The translations under genes were made by a program, and so were the position numbers. Under the pieces are notes generated by a model. That model saw nothing but the letters and a program-made list of their open reading frames with translations, did not search any database and was not told where the DNA came from. From Octopus sinensis (lineage: Eukaryota), in contig NC_043000.1 of NCBI RefSeq assembly GCF_006345805.1, positions 126,480,001 to 126,544,000 of the forward strand: 64,000 nucleotides of DNA, written 5' to 3'. This document shows, in pieces, positions 25,301-38,812 of this stretch (its first letter is position 1; each line of letters begins with the position of its first letter).

Positions 25301-26536
25301 ACAAAAGAGTTAGCATTTGTCTTCCATGCTTGCATGGTTTGGATGGTCTGACAGGATCCAATGAACTGAAGGACTGTGTTGAGCTCCAATGTCTGTTTTG
25401 GCATGGTTTCTATTCACAAATTTCTTAATTCTTTATTGCCCATAAGGGGCTAAACATAGAGGAGACAAACAAGGACAGACAAAGGGATCAAGTCGATTAC
25501 ATCGACCCCAGTGTGTAACTTGTACTTAATTTATCGACCCCGAAAGAATGAAAGGCAAAGTCAACCTCGGCGGAATTTGAACTCAAAACGTAACGGCTGA
25601 CAAAATACTGCTATGCATTTCGCCCGGCATGCTAACGTTTCTGCCAGCTCAGCACCTTCTATTCATACATTTCTAGTAATCATAAAATCCAATGAAATGA
25701 ATAGTAATGATAATTATATTTCTTGCAATGTCAAACCACTAAAGTATCATCATATGCTTGATGAAGCAGCCACAACTATTTTCACAAACTCTTAACTACC
25801 TCCAAACTAGCAATGGCTCATTTGTTTTTAATTCTCAAATATTAGGACGACATATTGATATTAAAAATGAAGTGGCTTTGTCTAGCAAGCTTGTTTCAGG
25901 TACCTTTTATCTGTAGGTCAGTGTATATTTGCTCATAAGGCTCTTTCAAATAGTTAAATTACTTCCTTCCATGCCGAGAATCTAGACAAATAAAGCTAAT
26001 TAAGGACCACATATGATGAACAATTCTAATCATGCAATTGCAGTGAATACATCACTTAAGTTGCTAACATATTGACAGATTGAGTATAACAAATATTATT
26101 TTTATCCCAACTACTGTTATGAATTTTTCTACAGCTGGCTGACACACTAGTCAATTGTAAACTAATCAATAAAGCTTTGTTAGATGCAGAGACTCACTAT
26201 TTCAAGGCTGTTCCCTATTTTAGGCACATTATGTTTTCATTATTGGGGTTATCTCTCTAATTATTCTCGTGCTCTCTGTCAGCACTGATTCAACAAATTT
26301 GTGATCAAAGGCATCCTGGCAACTTTTCTTTTCTAAAACGAAAGTGTAATTTGAGAGAAATTTGGCTATTTATAACACATCAAATAACCACATACAAGCT
26401 ACCCCCATTGGTTTAGAGATGTCCCTCTTCTTTCATTAGGATAAGAAAACAAAATATTAATTTTTTTTGTATAGTAAGAAATAAGTAAACCAATAAGTAA
26501 TTTTCCATAATTTCTTGTTTATTTTTTTTATTTCAG

Positions 26537-26711
26537 CGATTATGAAATTATCGAAAACTCTGAAAAGAATACACCGGCATATCTTCAACCAACACGCTTT
26601 GAAAAAAGATTGCTGAGTGTGCGATTTCCTGTAAAAGAACGAGAATACTGCAAATTAGTGACAGTGCAAAATTTAGTGTTTGAACCCGAATCTACTTCCG
26701 AGACTAAGTAG
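26537..26711 (+). CDS. Gene A terminal coding exon
   Basis: Acceptor ttttatttcag, phase 2 matching exon 7. Encodes (R)DYEIIENSEKNTPAYLQPTRFEKRLLSVRFPVKEREYCKLVTVQNLVFEPESTSETK, with TAG at 26709-26711. Confidence 0.7.
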
Positions 26712-29700
26712 GGTTAGACGATAATTCACTTAAAAAAAAAAAAAAAGTATTCTACAATATTTCTTTGGACAATTCCATTTAAGTTGATCTGTAAGTTATA
26801 GATGTATTTATTAATCAAAGAAAATACTTCTTACTTCTTGAACAATTTCCTAAAGCCTAAAATGTGAAGAGCAACTTTCTATATGAATTGAACATGATTA
26901 GCATTGAATACCACTGGTGTCCTTACTTGGCACAGCTTAACACAAATGTTTTGTTTATCCATGCTGATTATCTTTTGATGTTATGTAACTGGTGTCTCTA
27001 TTGTGGAAATAATATTCAGTGAATTCCGATTGCCTACTCTTCTTCAGCACAGCGTTTGTTTTAAGCTTTTGTATTCACCGAATCGAATATTTTTGCTTCC
27101 CAACTGTATGGATGAGAGTATATTGTCACTGTCACATGATGGGCAAGTGACTCTCATAGCTTCAGGTTGAGCAATGCCTTGATGCTTTGTGAAATGAATT
27201 TGGCAGATGGAAGCTGTACATATACCTGTATATCTTTTGTTGACATATTCACAAAATAAAAAGCATCAACAAGAAGACAAATGCACAGGTGCTTTCAGAT
27301 AAAAATCCCTTGAGTTATTTGTTCTGCCCAAGTTACACAGACTGACTCATTGAAAAGCTATAAGCCAAAGCACTATTGTTTATAAAATACAATATATATA
27401 TATATATATATAAATAAAGAAAAAATTGAAATATCTCACTAGGGTGGTAGTAGTATTTTAGCAGGGATTGATAATAGATAGCAGTTGTTGTTTAACCTTT
27501 CCATTACCATATTTATAGTGAAATAACACTGTTACTAATAAGCTGGAATTTGGAAGATAAATTCACTTGAAATTTAGATCACTTCAAAACAGAGACTTTG
27601 TGCCACCAAACCAGTGGTTGTCATGAGTGGATTGGTATGAAAGGGGTTAAAGTGAAGGGTAAGAGGTTTTCTTTTTTGCAAATTCATTGCATTAGTATTT
27701 GTCTCTGGTTGCTGAAAAATGCATTAACTGCCACATGTACCATCAGTGGTTCATTGTAAATTTCACACAACCATCATATGCACCAGTGGTGGTACATTTT
27801 CATATTTTATTCTTTATTTTTGACATAGTTTGAAGGACATGTAAATAACATGATTGCAAAACTATTAAAGTTTAATTATGAAATAGTGTAAAAATGCCAG
27901 GAAATTACATTTCCTTGTAATAAAATACGCAGTGTGACTAGAAATATGTGGCACCTCCAGTAAGTTCTAATAACAGGCCATAGCAGTTAACATGTTAATG
28001 GAAGAACTAGACATCAACCACATAGAGGCTTCCTTGAAAGTTCTTGAACTTTTCAGTAAGTTACTTAAGAAGTTCAAAATCTAAAAACAAGAAAGGTAAC
28101 TCCAATAAGATCAGTTTGAAAATGTTTGGACACTATATACATTTGGAGTGAATCACGTCTTTGAAGCCAATTGGTCAGGTTTCAAGTTTATTGGAAAAAA
28201 ATGAGTAACTTACAAAGTTATCTCTCTTGAATGAATATTTCTAATATAGCCTTTTTTTTACTTGCACGTTAAATTCACGAGCAGCTGTTCCATTGATTGG
28301 ATCAATTGGAACCCTTACCGACATAAGCGCCAGTTTATTGCAGTTCACTTCCTAAACTCTGAAGTGAACACTTTATCCCAAGCCTTCCTTCTTAGAGCTT
28401 TCTCCCTCCCTGCGCCTCTAGAGATGTTCAGTTTGAATGAACATCTGCAGGTTAACATCATCCACATTGATCTATTCATTCTGGGAAAACCTGGTGGTGA
28501 TAGACTGTCCCTGCACAACATCCCTTATCTTCTTTATCATCATTGTTTTAACATGTTATTTTTCCATACTAATGGGTCAGACTAAATCCATCAAGGTAGG
28601 CCTTTCCTTTTGCTAACCATCTGTTTGTAAGCCAGGTAATATTTCCTCATGTTTGGACAGGTTTCAATGGAAGATTAGAAATGAAGGTCACTTGTTTACA
28701 ACTACCACGATATCAAGATGGAGACAACAACAACAACACACAATGAGTTTCAGTTTCTATCCACCCACAAGGCCTCAACTGGCCCAGAACAGTTGAAAAC
28801 ATTCCTCCCAGCAAGGTGCAACATAGTGGAACTGAACCCAAAATGATACTGTTTGGAAGTGAACTTCTTAACCATGTTTATACGTTTTTCAATTCAATAT
28901 ATTACATATACGAGACCATGCAATATTCAGTATACTGAACATTTTCCCTGCTCAGCTATACCAGTAATATTGTCTAAAAGTCACATTAGTAAAATTTAAC
29001 TCTTTTTGTTATCCTTCTCATATTCAGAGCCTTAGTAAGAATTACCATGAGATTTTGGGTTCAGTCCTGCTGTGTGGCACCTTCTACTCTAAGCATCAGG
29101 CCAACCAAAGCCTTGTGATGAAAGAATTTAGCAGAAGGAAACTGAAAGAAGCTCGTTACATATGTATGTGTTTCTACCTCATTTTAATTTCATGTAATTG
29201 TTGTAAATGAGTGTCACCATCATACAAATGGTGCCATTCATTTCCAATCTTCTGTGGAAACAAGTGAAGGTTGGTGACAGGAAGAGCATCTGGCCATAGA
29301 AAAATGTCTTAATGAATTCTATCTGACCCATACAACAGAAAATTAGATGCTAATACAATGATTATGAGCACCAATAAATATCTATAAATAAAATGTGAAT
29401 CATATAAGGTCAGGATGAAGGCATGATGGATTATTTTATCACAAAATATCTTTACTTAGAGAGCAAAAGGAAAGACCTGGCTTGATGGATTCAGTCTGAC
29501 CAATTAGCATGGAAAAATACATGCTAAAACAATGATGATAAAGAAGAAATGTATTAATAATGATTTTAATTGCCAACAACTACAGTCTTTTCTTTTCTCA
29601 TAACTTTAAAATTAAATGATTTAAAAAATTCTGAAAGCTTTTACTTTTGTATTTTTTGCATTGATGAAGAGAACTTTCTTCTTGTACTTCTGTATTGGAG

Positions 29701-30215
29701 AAATGTAGTTACTCTTTATGGTGACAAAATGTTCTTTTAAGTTCACACTAATTCAGATCCATCTAAATATTACACACACACGCAGAGTTATAAACTATTA
29801 AGTCTGTACTAACGATGTAGTCAACAAAATGATTTTACTAAATATTCCCTTTGGAGAGAAGAAAAGCAAACATTAGTTCAATGTTTAAATCTGATCAAGA
29901 TATGTGGTGGTGGGAGCAACACCAAAATTTCAGTAAATTAAGATTGGAAGTATACAGCAAGAAAAATTTGGCAAACACAATAACAAGTCTGGACATGTTT
30001 TGGTTTTTCATACGTCTCCATTGAAGCATAGTTTAGATAAGAAAATCACTTTATGAAAGACATACAAGTTGACATAACATTATAAAGGCTTACCTAGGAA
30101 TGCCTTCTGCAGTGGAAACACGAAGTTAAGTCAATGCTAACATACATAGAACAGTTCACTTCACACTATAATACACAAAAGAAAATTAGTTATGCTACAA
30201 CCAGTTTCAATTTAA

Positions 30216-30413
30216 CCCTTTAGTGTTCAGATTATTCTATCAAACATAATGCTTATTGATTCATATTGATTTGAATTAATCGTGCATTATCTCATATCTT
30301 CAAGATCTTGATGGTGTAATTACTTAATGTAGAATAACATTGTAGGGTAGGTGTTTGAACATAAAACAGATTAGTTATTTTGGCCGGATATGGCCGGTTT
30401 AAATACTAAAGGG
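30216..30413. mobile_element. piggyBac-like short MITE
   Basis: TTAA|ccctttagt ... actaaaggg|TTAA. Related copies near 6240-6428 and 23115-23335. Confidence 0.75.
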
Positions 30414-31936
30414 TTAAAGTGAATTGTCTGAAATATACATATACTCTTTTATTTGTTAGTCATTTGACTGTGGCCATGCTGGAGCATCGCCTTTAGTCGA
30501 GCAAACCAACCCCAGGACTTATTCTATCGGTCTCTTTTGCTGAACACACCAGCATTGGTTGCCAAGCGATGTTGGGGGGACAAACACAAACATACACACA
30601 CGTACATATATATATATATATACACACACACACGGCTGGCTTCTTTCAGTTTCCGTCTACCAAATCCACTCAAGGCTTTGGTCAGCCCGAGGTTATAGTA
30701 GAAGACACTTGCCCAAGGTGCTACGCAGTGAGACTGAACCCGAAACCATGTGGTTGGTAAGCAAGCTACTTACCACACAGCCACTCCTACGCCAACCTTA
30801 AATATTACACTAGGATTGCTAGAGCAAACACTGTTTTGTGCAGGCTGTACATTAATGTCTGAAACTAATGAGGCAGGAACCTAAAGACAGAAATGAAAAT
30901 ATGGAAACAGCTGTTCTTCCAAAACCCTTTTATGGGGTATGCCTATAAAATAAAGATTAGAGCTAGTTAGTCAGAGAAAACCCCAAATTCCAATACTGTA
31001 TGTAGGAAGAAATCACTTAGGAATTTGATATGTGTACTCATGAAGGATAGATACAGAAAAATGCAATAAGATGATCTCTGGAATTTTGACAATCAGAATT
31101 TCAGTGATGACAGATGAACCCCACAAGTAGCTCACTAAACAGCAATAGTTTCCTGTACATCAGTTCAAGGAAGTTCCTTTAAATTTTTAGAACCTCATCA
31201 CTGCTCTCTGGAACCTAGAAGCAGTCTTGTTCTATGTCAAATTTCTCTTGGGGGCTTTTATAGCTTCTTCTGATTCAATGATTTAATTAGTGCTTGAGAG
31301 AGCAATTGGTAAATGATTAATCACTAGAGTAAGAATGAATGGAAAAGGCTCAAGGAGTTGTAACCTTTTGTCAACAACAAAGAATTTCTCTCTATGCAAA
31401 AAGCAAGCTTTATGGAGCATGTATAAGGAAGTGGGGATTGCATAAGCTTCATCTTCATGAAAGGCATATCAAAAGTAAGCCAAGAAAAAAAAAAAAAGAG
31501 CAGCTGGGTATCACAAGCATGAACTAAGGCATGAAAGAGAAACCATTATTATAGATACATGATGTAAATGCTGTGGCAGAGGAAGACATGGGAAGTTGTG
31601 GTGAGGTTAGATCTCCATATATTGAACCTCAGACTAGATGACAAAAGACCAAGAATATTAGCAATGTGCTGTTCAATGGACATGATGATGATAGCAGCTT
31701 GTTAGTTTCATAATCAAATCAAAGAATAACATACTGTATTTCCTGTTTGCCTTCGTGGCATAAATCCATCCAAAATATGGCTAAAGATATGCAACAATAA
31801 CCATGAGAACTTGAAGACTTGAGATGCTCTTGCTTTTACACAGTTGGAATCATCATCAAAAATTTAATAAGCATCTTCTGGCACTGAGAAAGTAAAACAA
31901 CCATGTAAATTAAAATAAACTAATATTTAATTAATA

Positions 31937-32244
31937 TTATGAAATTCCAGTATTGAGAGTTTCAGCATTAATTTCAGATGTAGATTCTTGTGTTTTAGAA
32001 TTAGTTTCAGTCTTTTGGCTGATGCCATGTGGGGACAAGTCCTTTACTGAAGCAGAGGTGTTTGCCACAGCACCTTCAAGTGGTGTAGATGAAGTGGTTG
32101 TCATGGTTGAGTTGTCTACCTCAGATGGCATTTTCAACCATGCAGCAGGATTGTCTATCCACAATTGGTGATCAGGTCTCCAAAGGAACCGTTTCACTAA
32201 GCCACATTCTAAACAGGTAACGACGGTGTGCTTCTCTCTGCGCC
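31937..32244 (-). CDS. RPP21: Ribonuclease P protein subunit p21, exon 4 (terminal)
   Basis: Acceptor tttctag, phase 1. Encodes (R)RREKHTVVTCLECGLVKRFLWRPDHQLWIDNPAAWL... with the second CxxC, then an S/T-rich tail to the stop. Total CDS 558 nt. Confidence 0.92.
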
Positions 32245-32743
32245 CTAGAAATATATAGATTTAAGGTTTAAACTACAAGAAACAGGATTTGTAGAAAATA
32301 AAAATAAAAATAAATGAGTTGATTTAATGTTTGTTAGAATGCTTCTCAACATTAGGAAATACTGTCACTATCTTAAAATTTATCTCCTAGAATTATTGCC
32401 ATCAACACTAATGATTCAATGCCCATCTTTCTTCCCCCCTTATTGTCACCTAGATGTTGTAGAGAGCTAAATGCTAAGCTGATAGTGGTTTAAGCCCTTA
32501 TGAAGATAGAAAAAGTAAACTTTTTGAAACTTGTATAAGGATGAGGAAAGAAAATGGATGATCTGCAGAAGCTGGAGAAAAACGAATTGAACATGACCTA
32601 TCAACTTCAATGAAAGGCAGAGCAAAAGTGAGCTGTGAGAGAGTGTGGCTGGGTACACACACTGCATAAAAGAGGATTCTTCAAGCTGGAAGTTTGTCCA
32701 AGTAAATAGACAATAGAAATTGACGGAATGTCCACACCATGTA

Positions 32744-33140
32744 GGCGTAGGAGTGGCTGTGTAGTAAGTAGCTTGCTTACAAACCACATGGTTCCGGGTT
32801 TAATCCCACTGCGTGGCACCTTGGGCAAGTGTCTTCTACTGTAGTCTCGGGCCAACCAAAGCCTTGTGAGTGGATTTGGTAGACGGAAACTGAAAGAAGC
32901 CTGTCGTATATATATATATATATATATAGGTATGTTTGTGTGTCTGTATTTGAACCCGCCAACATCGCTTGACAACCGATGCTAGTGTGTTTACGTCCCT
33001 GTAACTTAGCGGTTCAGCAAAAGAGACCAATAGAATAAGTACTAGGCTTACAAAGAATAAGTCCTGGGGGTCGATTTGTTCGACTAAAGGCGGTGCTCCA
33101 GCATGGCCACAGTCACATGACTGAAACAAGTAAAAGAGTA
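32744..33140 (+). mobile_element. Full-length SINE family A copy (RPP21 intron 3)
   Basis: tRNA-like head ggcgtaggagtggctgtg..., internal (TA)n, tail ...ctccagcatggccacagtc..gactgaaacaagtaaaagagta. Other copies at about 27-300, 17336-18763 (split), 30450-30793(-) and 50482-50883(-). Confidence 0.85.
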
Positions 33141-34848
33141 TCTTATGAAAACCATTTGGAAAGTAAATGTCTGAAAGACTATCTATAGAGCCCAAAACTA
33201 AGATTTGCTTAGGAGCATGAAATGTCTGTATGTACAAACTATTTAAATCATGGAAAATCATCAATGCTGAATATTATTAGTTTTTTTAAATCAGAAAAGA
33301 ACATGAACAAAATTATTGTCTGTATGTTCCACTAAATTGTTTAACTCAAAGAATATGCTAAAATAAAATTACAATCAACCTTAACATTACATATTAACCT
33401 ACCCTTACTAAATGTGGGGTAGCCATGTCTCCCCAATTGTAAGACACCCGTGCATGTCTCTCTATCATAATTTGGTCTCTCAATATCTGGTTTAAAGCTG
33501 TCTTCTCCATGTCCATATACCCCTCCACTTAGTCATGGTCTTTTGTTTTTGTGCTCACTTTTATCTTACAATTTATTTGGCAACCTCACTAGCAGCATAC
33601 AAAAAGCACCAAGTACACACTGTAGAGTGGTTGGCATTAGGAAAGGCATTCAGCTGTAGAAACCATGTAAAACCTAAAGCTAACTCTGGAGTTCAATGCA
33701 GCCCAGTGGCTCACTGGAATTTATCAAACTGTCCAGCCCATACTAGAATGGAAGACGGACATTAAATGATGATAGCAATACAAATCATACATGAACATAG
33801 ATACAAGCAAGACACCTACCTCGTGCAGAATTAACAATAAAAATAAAAGCTCACTCAACATGAAGCTGTACTGTGAACAACAGCTTTTACTAAGGCATAT
33901 GTTTTTATCCGAGACCCCTATTGTTATATTGTCCTTGTAAGTTACATACTGAGCGGATGATATAGAACTAATCCCTTCCACTAAAGCCTTCTAACCTTGT
34001 ACTTAAATCTTTTTATTTCTCAATTCAAAAGATATTCACGTTAGAGATACAAAGAACAGACAAATATGATTAGTAGTGTGCGATATTACTTTCATCTGTT
34101 TTTCATTTTGTATGTAATATAGGATATACGTGCATTAGAGGTATCAGCCTGACAAAAACAACAGCTGTAGCTAACATAACTCGTTATAAAGTGAAGTTCC
34201 TTCATTTGCGAAATGTCTGACACCAAATTAAGTCGCACATCAGGGGAGACAACTCTGTTTTCGCTTAGTTGTCTAATTGTCTTCCTGGGAATTTCAGTTT
34301 CAGTTAAAATAGAACAATTCATCCGAGTTGGCGTTTCTTTTATCTTTAATTTCTTGTTCAAACTATTTTGTGTATTTTTCAACATTTACAGTTTTGCCAT
34401 TGGAAAATGGACGCTAAATACTGAAAAAAAAAAGAAATTTATTTTTTTTGCTAAGGGAGGTAATCCGTGTATATATTTTTTACGATGAATAAAGTGTCAA
34501 GGCTGCGGTTCTGAATTTTCCTATTTCTCTACAAATTTGGATTTATTTATTTATTACATCTCTTTTTCCATATTTGCGTGGATGAGACACTTCAGTTACT
34601 TTCATAGCAGAGTGCCTTCTCTTCTTTGAAATAAAACTAAAGTTGTTTTTTTTTTTTTTTTTTTTAGTCAAGCAAACTGAAATATTATGTAAATGAGAAT
34701 TTTTGGTCCATAGTCCAGCATCATGATCTCATAGTCACACCCTCTGAAATAAGTTGACTGATTAAACTAGTGAATAGAGAAGAACATGTTGCATGTCTGC
34801 CAAGAGAGGTCTTTTCTACTACATAATCAAGAATTACTACTACAAAAA

Positions 34849-35262
34849 GATCTTTTTGGTTTGACTTTGACCGGCAGTTTTTTCTGGCGGTGTCATATGA
34901 AATTGTCACCCATAATTATGACCCTAGTATCGTCTATTGCATTTCAATCTGTTTTAGGGTTAGGGTTAGGGGGAAGGGTATCTTTTTTTCTTCAGAAATG
35001 TAAATAAACCCAATCTGTTTCTTAAACGAGGGATATATTCATACGGCACAGAATGTTTTCACCTTAATTGATTGGTTGAAATTGCAGAAATTGAAGAAAA
35101 ATTGAAGAAAAAACAACAAATATCTTACAAACTATAGAATTTTCTCAATAAAGCCAAGAGAAAAAGATGCTTTATAAACACATTCTACCAGTATACGAAG
35201 TTTAAAAGTGTTTAGTTACGTGGAAATTATTTTAAAAAACTGCCCGTCAAACCATAAAGATC
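34849..35262. mobile_element. MITE containing (TTAGGG)3
   Basis: Imperfect TIRs gatctttttggtttgac..cggcagtttttt and aaaaaactgcccgtcaaaccataaagatc. TTAGGG x3 at 34954-34971. Confidence 0.65.
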
Positions 35263-35389
35263 CCTACAAAATAGTAAATGAACTTCAGTGTTCTTGAAAA
35301 TAAACTGCCTGCAGGCATAGATAATAAAGCTTGATAATGTTTTAGTACGAGGAAAGTGAAGATAGAAGAGAAATATGTTAGTCCCTTAC

Positions 35390-35472
35390 TTCGAGATCGT
35401 ATAGTAGCAGTCAATCCAGGTACTAAAAGGCTGAAGCATCTTTTACATATCGTTCGTTTTAAGTGAGGGTCT
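35390..35472 (-). CDS. RPP21: Ribonuclease P protein subunit p21, exon 3
   Basis: Acceptor ttacag, donor gtaagg, phase 2-1. Encodes DPHLKRTICKRCFSLLVPGLTATIRSR, containing the first CxxC of the zinc ribbon. Confidence 0.95.
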
Positions 35473-35539
35473 CTGTAATGAAGATTGAAATAGCTTTTAA
35501 TCATGACACACAGTAAACTATCATTCTGAGATTTATATG

Positions 35540-36175
35540 CACAGCATCCCTGTGCAAGCCATGTACAGGGATGCTATCAGTAAGGTGAGGGTTGGTAACG
35601 AGTACAGTGAAGAATTCTGAATAGGGGTAGGAGGTCCAGGGGACCAAGTCAGTAGTAGGAGTGGATGCTCTGAAAGTGTAGCTGCTAGAATAAGATTAGC
35701 CTGGGCAAAGTTCAGAGAGCTGCTACCTCTGCTGGTGACAAAGAGCCTCTCACTCAGAGAAAAGGTAGATTGTATGACGCAAGTGTGTGAACTGCCATGC
35801 TACATGGCAGTGAAACATGGGCCGTGACTGCTGAGGACATGCGTAAGCTTGCAAGGAATAAAGCCAGTATGCTTCACTGGATGTGCAATGTCAGTGTGCA
35901 TACATGACAGAGTGTAAGCACCCTGAGAGAAAAGTTGGATTTAAGAAGCATCAGATGTGGTCTGCAAGAGAGACAACTGCGCTGGTATGGTCATGTGTTG
36001 CTAATGAATGAGGACAGCTGTGTGAAAAAGTGTCACACCCTAGCAGTTGAGGGAACCTGTGGAAGAGGTAGACCCAGGAAAACCTGGGATGAGGTGGTGA
36101 AGCATGACCTTCGAACATTGCGCCTTACCGAAGCAATGACTAGAGATATGATGTGCTTGAGAAGACCCAACAAGC
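35540..36175 (+). mobile_element. Internally deleted RTE LINE fragment
   Basis: AMYRDAISKVRVG, RISLGKVQ/LLPLL, HGSETWA and RQLRWYGHV...GRGRPRKTWDEVVK.DL. Confidence 0.85.
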
Positions 36176-38039
36176 CAAGTTAGACTATAGCCCATGGTCT
36201 ATGCCAGTGTGTGTAACCAGCCCATTTATGAATACCCCTCATTCATTGGACAATAAACCTTGCTTGTGAAGACCTACTGGGGTAAGTGAAATCAAAATCG
36301 CTGACGTGGCTGACAACAGTACTGCCTGATTGGCACTCGTGTCAGTGGAATGTTAAAAGCACATCCGAACGTGATCGTTGCCAGGGCCACGGATTGGCTC
36401 CCATGCCAGTGACACAAGAAAAGTACCATCTGAGCATGATCATTGCCAGCATTGCCTTTCTGGTGGCACATGAAAAACAACATTCAAGCGTGATCATTGC
36501 CAGTGCCACCGGACTGGTTCCTGTGTAGGTAGCATGTAAAAACACCTTTTGAGCATGAGCGTGGCCATTGCCAGAACCACCTGACTGGCCCTTGTGCCGG
36601 TGGCGCGTAAAAAGCACCCACTACACTCTCAGAGTGGTTGGCGTTAGGAAGGGCATCCAGCTGTAGAAACTTTGCCAGACCAGAATGAGCCTGGTGCAGC
36701 CTCTGGCTCATTAGTCTCAGCCAAATCGTCCAACCCATGCCAGCATGGAAAGCAGACGTTAAACGATGATGATGATGACACACGTGTGTGTGTGTGTGTG
36801 TGTGTGTGTATGTATATATTTATATATATATGTAAACATAAGATCCAAGGATTGAGGTGTAGGAAGAAATTTAGCTTCAAGCAATCTGTAGTATATACAT
36901 ACACATTTATGTGGCATGGCTATGTGGTTAAGAAGTTTGCTTTCCAATTACATAGTTTTGAGTTCAGTACCACTCCACGGCATCTTGGTCAAGTGCCTTC
37001 CACTAAAGAAGATATGTGCACATGGCGTCATGGACAAGTGGACATAAAACAATGATGATCATCATCATTGTTATCATTTGACATCCATTGTCCATGCTGG
37101 CTTAGGTTGGACAGTTTGACCAGAGCTGGCAAGCTGGAGAGCTGCACCTGGCACCTTCTTGAGTACAGTAAGGCACCAGGCACCTTGATCCTTTGTTATC
37201 TTGTCTGTAAAGTACAGCATCCTGAAGTTGCCCTTCAGTACTTTGTCCCATGTCTTCTATCTACTTTGAGAAACCAGCACTTCTTTATGGAACTGTCGAC
37301 ATCCACCCACATCACATAACCAAACCAGCAGTCTTCTCTCTTGCACACAGCATCTAATTCCTCTTATGCCAAACTTCTCTCTCGAAGCACTAGCGCACTG
37401 TCAAACATGTGCACTTACATTAGACAGCCAGTGGAGAATACTACCTCCATTCCTCAACCTTCATATGTCCTCTGCATTCAGGGCCAACATCTCACTACCA
37501 TGTAGAATTGCTGTCTGTACACTTGCACCATACAATCTGCCTTTCCCTTGGAAGGAGAAACCTTTCATAGCCAAGAAAATAAAAGCACTGAATTTCCTCC
37601 TTCCTATTCTTGCTATCAGACTCTGTGCTTCCTTCCCCCACTATTAATTTGGTCCCCTAGGTAGCAGAAATTATCCACTACCTCTAATGAACCACTAGAG
37701 CATTTCATCATCATCATCGTTTAATGTCCATTTTCCATGCTAGTACGGGTTGGATGGTTCAACCGGGGTGTGAGAAGCCAGGAGGCTACACCCGGCTCCA
37801 GTCTGATCTGGCAGTGTTTCTACAGCTGGATGCCCTTCCTAACGCCAACCACTCCGTGAGTGTAGTGGGTGCTTTTAACATGTCACCGGCATAGGTGCCA
37901 GGGAAGGCTGGCAGCGGCCACGATCAGTTGGTACTTTTTACGTGCCACCGGCACAGAAGCCAGTCAAGGCGGCGCTGGCATTGGCCACGTTCGGATGGTG
38001 CTTTTTACGTAAGAGAATCAATTTCTTGAATCTCTGTAG

Positions 38040-38730
38040 CTTTTATGGATCTTGTGAATCTTCCACATATGAACACTACTTTCTTTGATAACCTTCCTAT
38101 TAACTCACTGCACTTCGTGTGTCCATTGCTTACACTGTGTGCACCGAATGGAGTTCCTGCCTACACCATTCCTACAAATCCTACAGGGCCACCTACCTGA
38201 AGTTGGGGTGAGGGAGTGTCCTGTCTGCTTTCTTGCTTACTAAGACCTTAGTTTTTTGCTAAGGCCTTTAGATTCCAGGTTTTGCTTCCACACTTGGAAT
38301 ATCTCTTCTAGCTCTGATATGGAATCTGCTATGAGAGCAAGATCATCAACATGTAGTAGTTCCCAGGAATTACTGGTCTTGAATTCCTGTTATGGCTGGG
38401 AGAACAATGATAAAAAAGAGAGAACTGAGGACTGAGCCTACCTGTACATCAAATTCTTCACGGTATTCATGTTTAACTTTCACCTTACTGAGAGCGTCTC
38501 TGTACATGGCCTGTACAACTTTCACAAGCCACTCGTCTATCTCTAACCTCCTCAGAGCCCACCCTTTCACACAGTGGGGTGCTCTATCAAAGGTTTTCTC
38601 AAGATCAATGAATGCCATGTATAATGGTTTATTCTTAGCTATGTACTTCTCTTGCAGTTGCCTGACTATAACAATAGCATCAGTAGTGCTCTTCCCCAGA
38701 CAAGGCCAAACTGCAGTTTGTCTAACCTAA
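38040..38730 (-). mobile_element. RTE LINE RT fragment; continuation at about 37280-37680
   Basis: AFIDLEKTFDR...EWLVKVVQAMYRDA...GSVLSSLFFIIVL. Confidence 0.8.
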
Positions 38731-38770
38731 TTCTGCTCATAATTGGGTTATAACTTTCTCCATAATTTTC

Positions 38771-38812
<42 letters not shown>

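Noticed and set aside
34954-34971. Telomerase RNA template
   Set aside because: It sits inside a TIR-bounded MITE, has three repeats rather than about 1.5, and no pseudoknot or H/ACA domain is evident.
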